From the human T2T-CHM13v2.0 reference genome, Homo sapiens, in NCBI RefSeq assembly GCF_009914755.1, contig NC_060944.1: a stretch of DNA of 64,000 bases. One strand, given 5' to 3'. Positions 1 to 20,887 of this stretch are shown here, one piece after another (the stretch's first letter is position 1; each line of letters opens with the position of its first letter). The translations under genes and the position numbers were made by a program. Below the pieces are notes generated by a model. That model made no database searches and was not told the origin of the DNA. It saw nothing but the letters and a program-made list of their open reading frames with translations.

Positions 1-864
1 AGCAGGCATTCATGCCAGAGAAGGTGGGTCCTTTGCAAAACGCACCCTGAGATTTCCCCCAGAAATCTCCCCAGCACTAAGGGTCCTAGCTGGACACTCA
101 TCCCTCCTTCAGGGACCACAGATCTGCCTCTAAACCTTCATGCGTGGACTCTGCACCGCTCACTCTAAAAGAATAGGGCTTGTGTAGTCTGGAGCCTTCT
201 ATCTTATCCTGGGTAACCTCCCTCTGACTTTCTCAACATCCTCAGCCCCTGAAGATACAGCAGCTAGGACAGAGTCAGTCTCGAGGCCTGGAGGCGAGAA
301 CCCAATGTCTTTGTTATCGGGCCCTCTCGTTCTTCCAGGTAAACATCCCTGAGCGAGGGAGGTCTGAGGACAGGGCGCTCCTTGGGCACCCCTTTAAAAA
401 GCAACATACATTATGATTACTTCACCCTGCAAGGCCAAATTCCCCAGGGCCACCACCAGTGTTCATTGTTGCCCTGTTGCTCTTTCTGTCCACACCAGTG
501 GTACGAGGAGACCCTATCTCAACTCTCACTCCCTGAGATAAATGTGAAATGGACAACTTATCTGTGTCTCCCTCCCTCGCTTGCTGCCCCTTCTGGGAAC
601 AGGACCCCACTGAGGACAATCGATTCACTTGGCTGGTTGGCAAATTGCAAGAACCCCTCTGCCTATGCCACTGATGCACAATGTCTAGGGCTGGCACAAT
701 GCAAACTCCTCCAAGAGCCAGTTCTGTCCCTCCAGGCACACAGATACTATCCATCACAGAGCTGGCGGCCTCAAGAATGGCCATGGGGAGCCACTGAATG
801 TTTTGAGCAGGGGTGTGACATGAGCCAGTTGGGAGTAGTGGTTATGTGCAGGCATTTTGGTGTT

Positions 865-1050
865 GGGCTGCCTGGATTCAGATACCAGAACTGCCACCTA
901 TTAGCTGTGGAATCTAGGACAAGTGACCATGCCTCTCTGAGCCTCAGTTTCCCACCTGCAAAATGGGGATAACAACAGTACCTACCTCCTAGGGTTGTTG
1001 TGAGGACTGAGTGGGTAAGGCCCTTGCAATAGGGCCTGCCATTTCATGTT
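865..1050 (+). mobile_element. MIR SINE
   Basis: Core motif ctctgagcctcagtttcccacctgcaaaatggggataacaacagtacctacctcctagggttgttgtgagga. Confidence 0.8.
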
Positions 1051-1714
1051 AGGTAAGAGTTAGCTTTTATGAATTCAATCTGAGCTCCAGCTCATGGAAA
1101 GTTACTTGACATCGCTATGTGAGTTAGGAAAACAGGCTCTAAAACCAAAGGCCCTTGCAGTGATGGAAATAAGCGGTACCCACGCCTGACATAGCCAAAT
1201 GGAGGTGGGATGGAGAGGAAGAAAGACATTTGAGCCACTGAGAGGCGGAAGGGGAGGACCAGTGAGGTGTGTGAACTGGGTGGGGGTGGGGAGGGAAAGG
1301 TGACCCAAGGGAAAGAGAGGCCTTGAGTCTAGGTGAGCAGGAGGAGAGTGATGCTGGCTAGGAAAGCAGGGTCTTGGGGCAAGGCAGGAGAGAGGAGGTG
1401 AGGGGCTATCTTCGGACCTACAAGGCTCACGAAGGAAGAGGTGATCATCAGAAAGCTGTAAATATGGGGATGCGTTTGGAGCTCAAGCAATAAATGGAGG
1501 CTGAAGGTTGAGCTTTGAGGGGAGGTCATTCAGGCAGCAGTGCAAAGCTCCAAGATCCATGAGATTTCCAAAGGGAAGAGGACTGCAAGTGGAGAGAAGA
1601 GGGGAGGGGAGTAGAGGGAGGAAAAGAGGAGAAGAAACTGGACAGGAGGAGTGGGGAGAGGAAAGGAGGCCAAACAGCCTCCAGGGTGGTAATGAACACC
1701 ACAGCTATGGTGTC

Positions 1715-1915
1715 ATACCTGAGTTTGAGCCCCGCTCTGTCACTAACTAGCTGTGTGACCTTGGGTAGATTGCTGAATCTCTCTGAGCCTTAATTTCTTA
1801 ATCTGTAAATTGGGCATAATGATAGAAACTCCCATACAGGGCAATGATGAGAATTAAATAAGATTGTGTGTGTAAAGCCCTGATTTCAATGCCTGGCACC
1901 AGGGCAGAGCCCAGG
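1715..1915 (+). mobile_element. MIR SINE
   Basis: actagctgtgtgaccttggg...ctctctgagccttaatttcttaatctgtaaattggg...gcctggcac. Confidence 0.8.
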
Positions 1916-2205
1916 GAATGGCAGCTAGGGTCATTAGGATTCTTATGAAATCCAAGTTAAATGAACAGAAGAAGGAAGAGGGGTTAGAGAAAAGGCAACA
2001 GAGTGGAGCTGCTTTTAAAGAGCCAGGAGAGCATGGTGGAGTGGGAGGAAAGGCAGGGAGATGTTTAGGAAAGCAGGAGAGGCCAGCAGGTGCCTGGCAC
2101 CAATCAGTACAGAGGCTAGAACTTAGTGCTTTGGGTTTGGCAACTAACATGTCTCTCGTAACTTTTGAAAAAGCAGTGTGATTTTCAAAAATAAAGAGTA
2201 AGTGG

Positions 2206-2500
2206 GGCCAGGCGTGGTGGCTCATGCCTGTAATCCCAGCACTTTGGGAGGCCGAGGTGGGTGGATTACTTGAGTTCAGGAGTTTAGGAGTTCGAGACCA
2301 GCCTGGCCAACAGGGTGAAACCCCGTCTCTTTAAAAATACAAAAATTAGCCGATCGTGGTGGCGGGTGCCTGTAGTCCCAGCTACTCGGAGGCCGAGGCA
2401 GGAAAATCACTTGAACCCGGGAGGCGGAGGTTGCAGTGAGCCAAGATCACGCCACTGTACTCCAGCCTGGGTGACAGAGCGAGACTCCGGCTAACAAAAA

Positions 2501-2540
<40 letters not shown>
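2206..2540 (+). mobile_element. AluS with (TAAA)n tail
   Basis: Dimeric Alu starting ggccaggcgtggtggctca; (taaa)n tail; taagtgg repeated on both flanks. Confidence 0.95.
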
Positions 2541-3137
2541 AAGTGGGAAAGACCATTGGAAGGTACGTTAGGGTGTCTTCTGGGGAAGGGCTGGGAGTAG
2601 GCAAGTTTGAATGCCAGGCCAGAGAGTCTGGATTTTATATTTAGACAATTATGTAACTTTAGAGGTATTTGAGTGGGTGTCAGCCTGGTGCTAGTTTGGG
2701 ATGATGTATCTGGGTGGGGCAGAGGGAGAGAAGGACCCACGCATCACACCTGCCCAGGTCAAAATTAGAATGTGATTGACAAGGACCTAAAATTCCCATG
2801 TTGAGATTTTAACCACTCGATTTCTCCAGGGATTCAGCGATTCAGGTTGACTGAAGTTTAACAGCAAAGCAAGCACTAGGCAGAACAGTATCATGCAAAG
2901 CCCCTAACTCTGGCATGGGGAGGGATGGGGGACAGATAAAGGAGAGAGGTTGGGAGGGGGATATTGCAGGATGGAGCCAGGCCCAGGCAAGGTGGAAGTT
3001 GCAGCTGCTCAGATTTTTTACGATTGCTCATACCGTTCACCCGCAGCTCCCAAATCTGGAAGACTCTTCAGGGACATATAAATAGTAACTGTTATTTGAG
3101 AACCCGCAGAGCCTCACCTGTTTTAGCAACTGCCGGA

Positions 3138-3217
3138 GGCTTATTTCACTTAGCATAATGTCCTCTAGCCACAGTGCAACCTGTAAATATATACAGCTAT
3201 TATTTGTCAATTAAAAA
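3138..3217 (+). mobile_element. Tiny 5'-inverted L1MA-type fragment
   Basis: Antisense L1 3'UTR piece ggcttatttcacttagcataatgtcctctag abutting a sense L1MA 3' terminus tatatacagctattatttgtcaattaaaaa. Confidence 0.5.
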
Positions 3218-5217
3218 CCACCACCACCACCACCACTGGGGGGCACTTGCTGAGTGTTTTATCTCAGAAGGTGACCTCGCTCTCCCCAGGTCTTGTCATG
3301 ATACCGTAACTAATCACACAACGACAATGAGAGCCAAAAAGGATGATATAGAGGACACACACATGACCAGTCCACTTCCTTAAAAGTACCTGGGGTCTTG
3401 TGATCCGGCCACCTGGACAGAGAACACAACAGTCAGGGGCTTGTTGAGAAACAATTGTGGTTTTGCTTAATTATGACCGAGGAACTGAAGCCAGTCTTCT
3501 ATTTATGATTGGCAAGGTGGTCTCAATGCATCTGTCCTGCTTAAGAAAGTAACCCCCGCTTTCCAAATCTTTCCAACTTCTTCAAATTCAAAAGTCTGAG
3601 GGAGGCTCAGACTGCGTGGGGGTGGGGGTGTTGTTCAAGATGTGGCTTGTGGGATTAATTTTTGGCAGGAAGATCACAGTGTTGAATACAATGAAACTCT
3701 GTCCTGAGAACAGGCCTCTCAGGGAGCCGTTGCTGCTCTCGGACTGGCAGGGCCTGAGGAATTCATTACAGGGGATGAAAGATCTACTCAGAGCCAAGAT
3801 TTATTCCTGCCTGGAGACCCTGGAGTCACTGCATTTCCAAAAAAAAAGGGCTCATTTCATTAGACTCCAAGAAAGTGGATTTTGGGCTTCTAAGAGAAGG
3901 AACTATCGTGTTCTTTTAAAATTTTTGTTTGGATCATTGCAGACTAACTAGATGTTTTCCATTTGAAACGACCCCCTTTGTATGTCTCTGCCACAGGACC
4001 ACAGGGTAACAGATGTGATTTCCGTGAAATGCACCTACCATGGGTCCTGGAACACAGTAGGTGCTCATTAAATACTTTCTTCCATCTGCCCCAAGTGGTC
4101 CTAAAATTTTCTGAGTCAGATCCAAGTTCTGTGTAAATGCTTACATCAAAGTGGGGTCTGTGGTCTTGAATTCCTCCCTCCAAGTTAGAACCCAAAAAGT
4201 GCCCTGATTCTGTAGCAACTTTAAGAATCTCTGTGATTTATTTGAGTGAATCTTTTAACTGAAATAGTAATAAATTGTGACAGGCCTTCACCTGTTAGCA
4301 GAGAGTGACCCTGAAATGCCACCTAGCTTTCAGGAGAAACAGTTTCTAAAGTGAGGATTCAAAGCAAAAATACTTGTGGAAAAAAATGTAACGGATGAAA
4401 TACATGTACATTCTCCTGTTTTTGATGGTGGTTAGGGGACACATTTTTCCTGCCCTACTTCTTCATTTGAAGTTACTTTCCAAAGTAACTTTCATAACTT
4501 AATTACATCTTCAGTGACCCTGTTTCCAAATAAGGTCACATTTGGAGGTACTACAGTTAGGACCTCATGGTTTCTTTGTGGAAGCCAAAATCAGTCCATG
4601 TAAATCAGCTTTAATAAATGAGATAGCTGCCTTATGCCACAACCCCACACTGAGCAATGTCATTTGGGTAAATATTTCATCCCAACCATTTGTAATGTAA
4701 GGGTTGCTGTTTGCCCAGCCAACAGAAGGGAGTATCTGACCTTAGTCCATCATTGTTACGGGGAGATGCTTGTTGCCATGTGGCCCACTCAAGGGCAGGC
4801 AGTTGAAACCAAGCATCCAGGTGCTTCCAGACCAGTCTCTACACCTCCTAGACTTTGCTCTCAGTTCTCTGTCCCATTATGGGAATGTGTGCCTAGAAAA
4901 CGGGTTGTCCTGACTTTGAGTTTGTGATGCATCTTGTATGTCTGTTTGTCTCTCCCATGTTTAAGCATACCAGGTCACTAGTTCCCAATTGTACTAATTT
5001 CCTAAAGCTACTGTAACAAAGTACCACAAACTATTTTGTTGCTTAAAACAACATAGAGTTACTCCCTTACAGCTCTGGAGGCTAGAAGTCTGAAATCAAG
5101 GTGCCGGCAGGGTTGATCTTTCTCAGGACTCTGGGAGAATTTGCTCCACACTTCTGGTAACAACCAGCAATCCTTGGAGTTCCTTGGCTTACAGATACAC
5201 CATTCCAATTTCGGCCT

Positions 5218-6170
5218 TGCAGGGGCCTAGGGAAAATGTCCCCTTTGCCCTCTGAAGGTTCACTGAAAATCAACTGACAGAAGGCAGATTCATTAGGAGA
5301 AAAGACAAACAAACTTATTTGGTCATAGTTTGTATCACCCAGGAGCCTTCAAAATGAAGACCCAAAGATATAGGGAAACTGGCCATTTTTATGCTTAGGT
5401 TCAACAAACTACGGGCAGCTATGTAGAAATATAAGGGGACAAAGAGGATAAGATCTAATGTTAATAGGCTGAGTGGGGAAACCCATGAAGGCTGTCTGTT
5501 AGATTCCTCTTGGCCTCTCTGTAGAGCGTTCCTTCTGTATTAGTCTGTTCTCACACTACTAATAAAGACATACCCAAGACTGTGTATTTTTGTAAAGGAA
5601 AGAGGTTTAATTGACTCAAAGTTCAGCAGGGCTGGGGAGGCCTCAGGAAACTTACAATCATTGTGGAAGAGGAAGCAAACATGTCCTTCTTCATGTGGCA
5701 GCAGCAAGGAGAAGTGCAGAGCGAAGGAGGGGAAAGCCCCTTCTAAAACGTTCAGATCTCATGAGAACTCACTCACTATCACAAGAACAGCATGGAGGTA
5801 ACTGCCCCCATGATTAAATTACCTTCCACCAGGTCTCTCCATGATATATGGGGATTATGGAAACTACAATTCAAGATGAGATTTGGGTGGGGACACAGCC
5901 AAACCATAATACTTTCCTTCTGTGTGTGGGGCAGGACTATCTCTGGAACGGGGGCCTTATAAGCTCTTATCAGATGAGATAAGTCAAATAATTAATGTCT
6001 TTATGGCCAGTTTTTATACCAAATGGCAGAGAGGGAGAGGGAAAGTTAGACTATTTTTAGGTTTTATGGCTGGCTTGGGGGAAAGGGGGCTCTGGTTTCT
6101 ATGGCCCACCTTGGGGAAGAGGCTGTTGCTGAGGCTTTCATTTTGGGGTGTCCAGTTCTCATTTCTACCA
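5218..6170 (-). mobile_element. ERV1-class solo LTR (family uncertain), split by THE1
   Basis: tgcaggggcctagggaaaatgtcccctttgccctctgaaggttcactgaaaatcaactgac...; interrupts MLT1. Confidence 0.55.
5536..5911 (-). mobile_element. THE1 (C/D-like) solo LTR
   Basis: tgtattagtctgttctcacactactaataaagacatacccaagac...ggacacagccaaaccata; approximate 5-bp TSD ccttc/ctttc. Confidence 0.9.
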
Positions 6171-7138
6171 GCAATCTTACCACATGGCCATCTTCCCTCT
6201 GTGTCTGTGTCCAAATTGTTCTCTTTTTGGAAGAACACCAATCACATTGAACTAGGGGCCCACCCATCCTACTCCAGTGTGAACTCATTATAACTTAATT
6301 ACATCTTCAATGACCCTATTTACAAATAACACTACATTTTGAGATACTAGATTTAGGACTTCAACACATCTTTTGTAATGGACACAATTCAATCTATAAC
6401 ACCAACCAGAGGTTTTCTTACTGTTTTCCTCTACATTTTGAAACATTTTGCTTACCAAGCAAAATACATTAGTGAATATTTGTTTTCCTGTTTTGTTTTT
6501 TTTTTAAATCAGTCACCCAAATGGGCTTTCTGTTCCAGAAGAAGATGGCACTGAGTCACTTTTCTCTGTTGTTACCCTCTAAATACAACTACATACCCCG
6601 CTAATTAGTCAATGGACCATGATACAAGGACTCTGAAAGCCGAGAGAAGGAAGGCAGACTGGCTGGGAGCTTCAAGACTTGAGAGGTCTGGTGAGTCCCC
6701 TAGGTTTCCTTTTTATCTCCCACGTACCTTCAGGCTGGGCACCCGATGGGCCTGCAACTTGGAACCACCAACAGGAATAGACAAAATAATCCAAGAGAAG
6801 CCTGCTTTGTCCAGCCAAACGAAAGGGAAAGCCCAGCAGAGCCTGAGTTGGGATCCTGAATCCTCCTTCCACAACCAGAGTCCCTGCAGCCCGTCTGATC
6901 CACCAGCTGGGCTGGCATCAGCCGAGCTCTGTGTCTCCCTGTTCTCTGTTGAGATTCCACAGTGTGCTTCCACCCCCAGAGAGCACCAGCAAAGGCTGAG
7001 TGTGAACCCCAGCAATACCAGGAGAACAAAGAGGAAAAACAAAACAAAACCAGAATAGAATTCAAAGGGCTCAGAAAACTAAACTGTCATTGATACAAAT
7101 GCCCACAAAAGTCGACCAGATCCTATGAATCAAACCTA

Positions 7139-7587
<449 letters not shown>

Positions 7588-8243
7588 CTACTCTCTACTC
7601 TCACACACTCCTCAACACAATGCTTCTGACACTAGATGTGTGAGGGTTTCTCCTCACACACAAAGCAAGCAATTCTCCACTGGACACCAGCTGGATGTCC
7701 CCTAATTTAATTCAATTCTGACACTTTCTACTTGGAGATAGCATCAGATCCCACAGGTTGGTAACTCTACCAGGTTCGTTGCCCGATGCACTGAGACACA
7801 GGGTTGCAGCAGAGAAAGAGGTTTAATCATAAGGCAGCCAAATGAGGGGGAGGAAACCTCAAATCCACCGCCCAGAGGAGTTTGGGGCCAGAGGTTTTTA
7901 GGGGTTTGGAGTGGGCTGAGGTCTGGGGAATCACTGATTGGTCGAAGGGTGCAGGGTAAAGCCAGGAGACAGGGAGATGAAGAAACTGTATTCTCAAGCT
8001 GATCTGGTTCCCTGTTGTGGGGGGTCTTCAAACTGGTGGGTGTCAGCCGTTGCTGCTGGAATTCAGGATCTGAAAAACATCTTAAGCAATTCATAAAAGC
8101 CTTATGATTCTAACATCAGAAGTTCCGTCTATAGGAACAATGGGGATGAAAATAGTCTAGTGCGCGACTTTCAGTTAGCAAGCAGCCCCAAGGGAGTGGG
8201 CCAGAGTGCAGCCTGACCAATGCTTACTTATAACTATATTTCT

Positions 8244-15020
<6,777 letters not shown>

Positions 15021-16199
15021 AGAAACATTTTAATCATAACTATATTTCTATTCCAGAACCCAGCATGTAACTCTTGTTAGACCTGTGAGGACAGTTTCAG
15101 GCTGAGAGCCCAATCCCATAGGACTGCCCCCTGCATTTCACATGCCAGTCACAAGTATTAATAGTATGTTGTCACTTATACTTCTGACTAACTGGCTCTT
15201 AGTCACGGATTCCCATGATCTCCATCTGGAGTTTGATTAATTTGCTAGGGTGGCTCACAGAACTCAGGTAAACACTTTACTTATAGTTCCCCATTTATTA
15301 TAAAGGATTTTACAAAGAATCCAGATGGACAGCCAGGTGGAAGGGGCTTGTAGCTTCCACGTCCTTTCCTGGCGTGCCACTCACCAGGAACCTCCACGTG
15401 TTCAGCTTCTGTAAGCTCTCCAAACCCTGTCCTTTTGAGTTTTTACAGAGGTTTCATAATGTAGCCATAATTAAATCATTGGCCACTGGTGATCATCTCA
15501 AACTTCAGGCCCTCTCCTGTCCCCCGAAGTGGAGGATGGGGCTGTGAGTGCCAACCCATTAATCACATGGTTGGGTCCCCTGGCAACCAGTCACCCATCC
15601 AGTGGTTATCTAGGGACTCTCCAAAAACCACCTCATTAACAAACTCAAGTGTGGTCAAAAGGGGATTGTTATAAATAACAAAAGACATGTTCACCTTACA
15701 ACTCTGGAGCTATTCTAAAACTATTTCAGATCCGAGGACGAAAGGTCAAATATTTTAACAAAAGACAATCCTACTGCTCTAGTCACTCAGGAAATTACAA
15801 GAGTTATGAGCCAGGAACTGTGGACAAAATCAAAATATATATTCCATAATATTACGCCTTGAAACAAATGAAAACATAGAGAATCTCAGCAAAAAATAGA
15901 ACCAAACAGCAATTATAGAACTTAGAAATACTACAATCAAAATAAAAACTCACTGGATGGGTTCAACAGTAGAGTAGAGATGACAGGAATAGAATCTGTG
16001 AACTTGAGGGTAAGTCAGTAGCATATACACAATCTGAACAATGAAGAGAAAATAGACTGAAAAAAAAGAACAGAGCCTCAGATATCTCTGAGACAATCAC
16101 AAAAGATCCAACATTCATATCATTAAAGTCCAGAAAATAAGGGAGAAAGAACATGGAGAGATAAAGAATGCAAAGAAATAATGCTGAAAATTTCCTGTA

Positions 16200-16943
<744 letters not shown>

Positions 16944-17784
16944 CTACACCAAGACATATCATAATTAAATTTCTGAACACTGAAGACAAAGGTCACAGCT
17001 GGAGAGAAGCAAAACATGGCCTGTAAAGGAACCCCAATGTGAAGAACAGGTTCCTCATCAGAAACCGTGGAGTCCAGAAGGAAGTGACATATCTTCCAAA
17101 TGCTGCAAGAAAGACCTCCCAATCATAAATCTTATATAGATGGTGAAACTATTCTTCAGGAATGTAAGGGGAAAAAAGACAGTCTCAGGCATAGAGAAAC
17201 TAAGAGAAGTTGTTGATAGCAGACCTACCTTTAAAGAATTGCTAACAAAATCCCTCAAAACAGAAAGACAATGATAATAAAAGGCTGGGATTTTCAGCCT
17301 TTTATTATTCCATTTCAGTAAAAATAGAAGTAAATATTCAACATCCATTCATTAGTTTCTTTGATCGTATTTATGGTTGAAGCAAAAGTTATACATTTTC
17401 TGATATGTATGTAGAGGTTATACCTAGGACAATTATATTTTTGTAGGTGTGGAGGATAAAGGAATTAAAAGGAAGTAAGCTTTCTACCCTTCAATGGAAA
17501 TGGTAAGACATTGACACCAGTAAGCTGTGATAATTTACATATGAATAGAATAGTAGCTAGAACGACCACTACAAAAACTATACAAAATGGTATACTAAAA
17601 ATATATATAAATAAATCAAAGTGGAACTCTAAAAAACATTCAAGTAACCCACGAGAAGGCAGAAGGAAGATAACCAGGTAACAAGAAACAGGGAACAAAT
17701 GGTAAACAAATTAAACTCTAACAGGTCAATAATCACTTTAAATGTAAACGGACTAAATACATTAATTAAGAGACAGGATTGCAA

Positions 17785-18030
17785 TGGGTACAAAGTTATA
17801 ATTAGAAAGGAAGAATAAGTTCTGATGTCCTATTGCACAGTAGAGTATCTCAAAATAGCTAGAAAAGAGGATTTTGTATGTGCCTGTAACAAATAAATAA
17901 TAAATGAGGTGATAGATATGCTAATTACCCTGATTTGATCATCACACAATATATTTATGTATCAAAACATCACATTGTACTCCATAAATACATACAATTA
18001 TTATGTGTAAAAAATTTTTAAATTAAAAAT
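17785..18030 (+). mobile_element. L1MA 3'-end fragment
   Basis: gatatgctaattaccctgatttgatcatcacacaat...catcacattgtactccataaatac; flanks gagacaggatt/gagacaagatt. Confidence 0.7.
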
Positions 18031-18448
18031 GAGACAAGATTAGCTGAGTAGATTTAAAAACATTACCCAATGTTATGCTGTCTATAAAAAACTCAATTCA
18101 AACATAATGATATAGCTAAGTAAAAAGTAAAAGCATAGAAAAAGATATATCACATAAGTATTAAATTTTAAAAAGGAAGAGTGGCTATATGAATATCAAG
18201 GTAGACTTCAGAGCAAAGAAATTACCAGACACGGAGAGGAATTTTACATGATGATAAAAGATCAAGATCAATCTACCAACAAGAGATAGCAAACCTAAGT
18301 GTGTATGCACCAAAAACAGATCTTTCAAATACATGAAGCAAAAACTGATAAAGCCAAAGGAAGAAATTGACAAATCTACTATTATAGTTGGAGACTTCAA
18401 CACTCTTTTCTCAGTAATTGATAGAACTACTAGATAGAAAATCCACAA

Positions 18449-19670
<1,222 letters not shown>

Positions 19671-20887
19671 ATGAGGATATAGAAGAATTGAACAACACCT
19701 TCAACCAACAGGATCTAACAGAACAAACAACCCTATAACAGCAGAATACATGTGCTTTTCAAGTGCCTAGGGAGCATTCACCAAGATTAACCATGTCCTG
19801 GATTTTAAACCAATCTCAACAAATGCTAAAAAAAAATAATAAAACTAGAAATCCCTAATCACTGCCCTCTTTTCCAAGCTGCCTGTGACTCTTACCCAGA
19901 TGTTCTCAATACATAAGCTTTCAACAGGGGAGAATGATAGAAATTACTGGAGAACCCCCATTCCAGGTCACTGAGGCACATGACCTTCTACTAAAGAAAT
20001 AATTTCCAGTAAAAGGATACAATAAAGGGAATAGATGTTCCCACTAGGCCTGGATTAATGAGTACTCTATCTTGGAGAAAAGTGATTATTTCCAGAGCTG
20101 CCTCTGGCATTCTTCCTCCACCCAGAAGTGATGCTGTGAGAAGTGAAATTACTTATAAATCAGTAGTGCCCAAAGCACTTTATAAAGGAGGTCCCACATG
20201 TAAGCTCCACCAAGTATAAATAATAACACTAATAACACCTCCCTCATCTTGTCTTTATATCTGGGTCTTGGAGGATCAAAGCCATCCGAGAGGTACAGCT
20301 TCAAAGGCGTCTCCTTCCCAGATCCAGGAATGGGCGCACTCCAACAGGCCCCTACATCCTTGGCTTCCACATTTCACAACTGTTAGAGGCTCCAAAGCAT
20401 TTACAGTGGTTGATAGAGTCTTTCTGAATATGATACCTCTTTTATAAAATTAATGGCACTATTTCCGGTGGTGGCATCAGCAAAGAAACTCCTTTTCAAG
20501 GGCAGCGTGTCCCTCCCATTGTTTGATTTTCTGCCATCCCTTTAAGTGCCTTAATGGAATGCTTGTACGAATAAAGTTGACTGCCAACAAATTTTGCTTT
20601 GAATATCTTTTACATTTCAAGGCACCCCTGGAAATAATCGGAGACTATGGGAGACATGGAATTAGGGAGCTGTGGGAAAGCAGGGTTGACAGTGTCATCT
20701 CAAGATTTGGTGGACTTCATTATTCAGTGGCCAGAAGTAGGGAGGAGGGGAGTCTGGGGCCTGAGAAGAGGGTTGCCCTGATGGGCTGGTACTGGCTCTG
20801 GAGTCACTGACTGTGCCAGGGACCAGATGCCTGCAGAAGCATGGTTCAGCGTTATACCTGCAGGGAGACGAATCACCCAAGAGTGTC

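Larger units (their letters stand above)
4990..6400 (-). mobile_element. MLT1-type MaLR LTR, split (about 4990-5217 and 6170-6400)
   Basis: ctgtaacaaagtaccacaaact...ctggaggctagaagtctgaaatcaaggtg; resumes at ccacatggccatcttccctctgtg...gacacaattcaatctataac. Confidence 0.75.

Noticed and set aside
382-972. 196-aa ORF
   Set aside because: Begins at TTG, has no recognisable domain and its 3' end runs into a MIR; consistent with a chance ORF.
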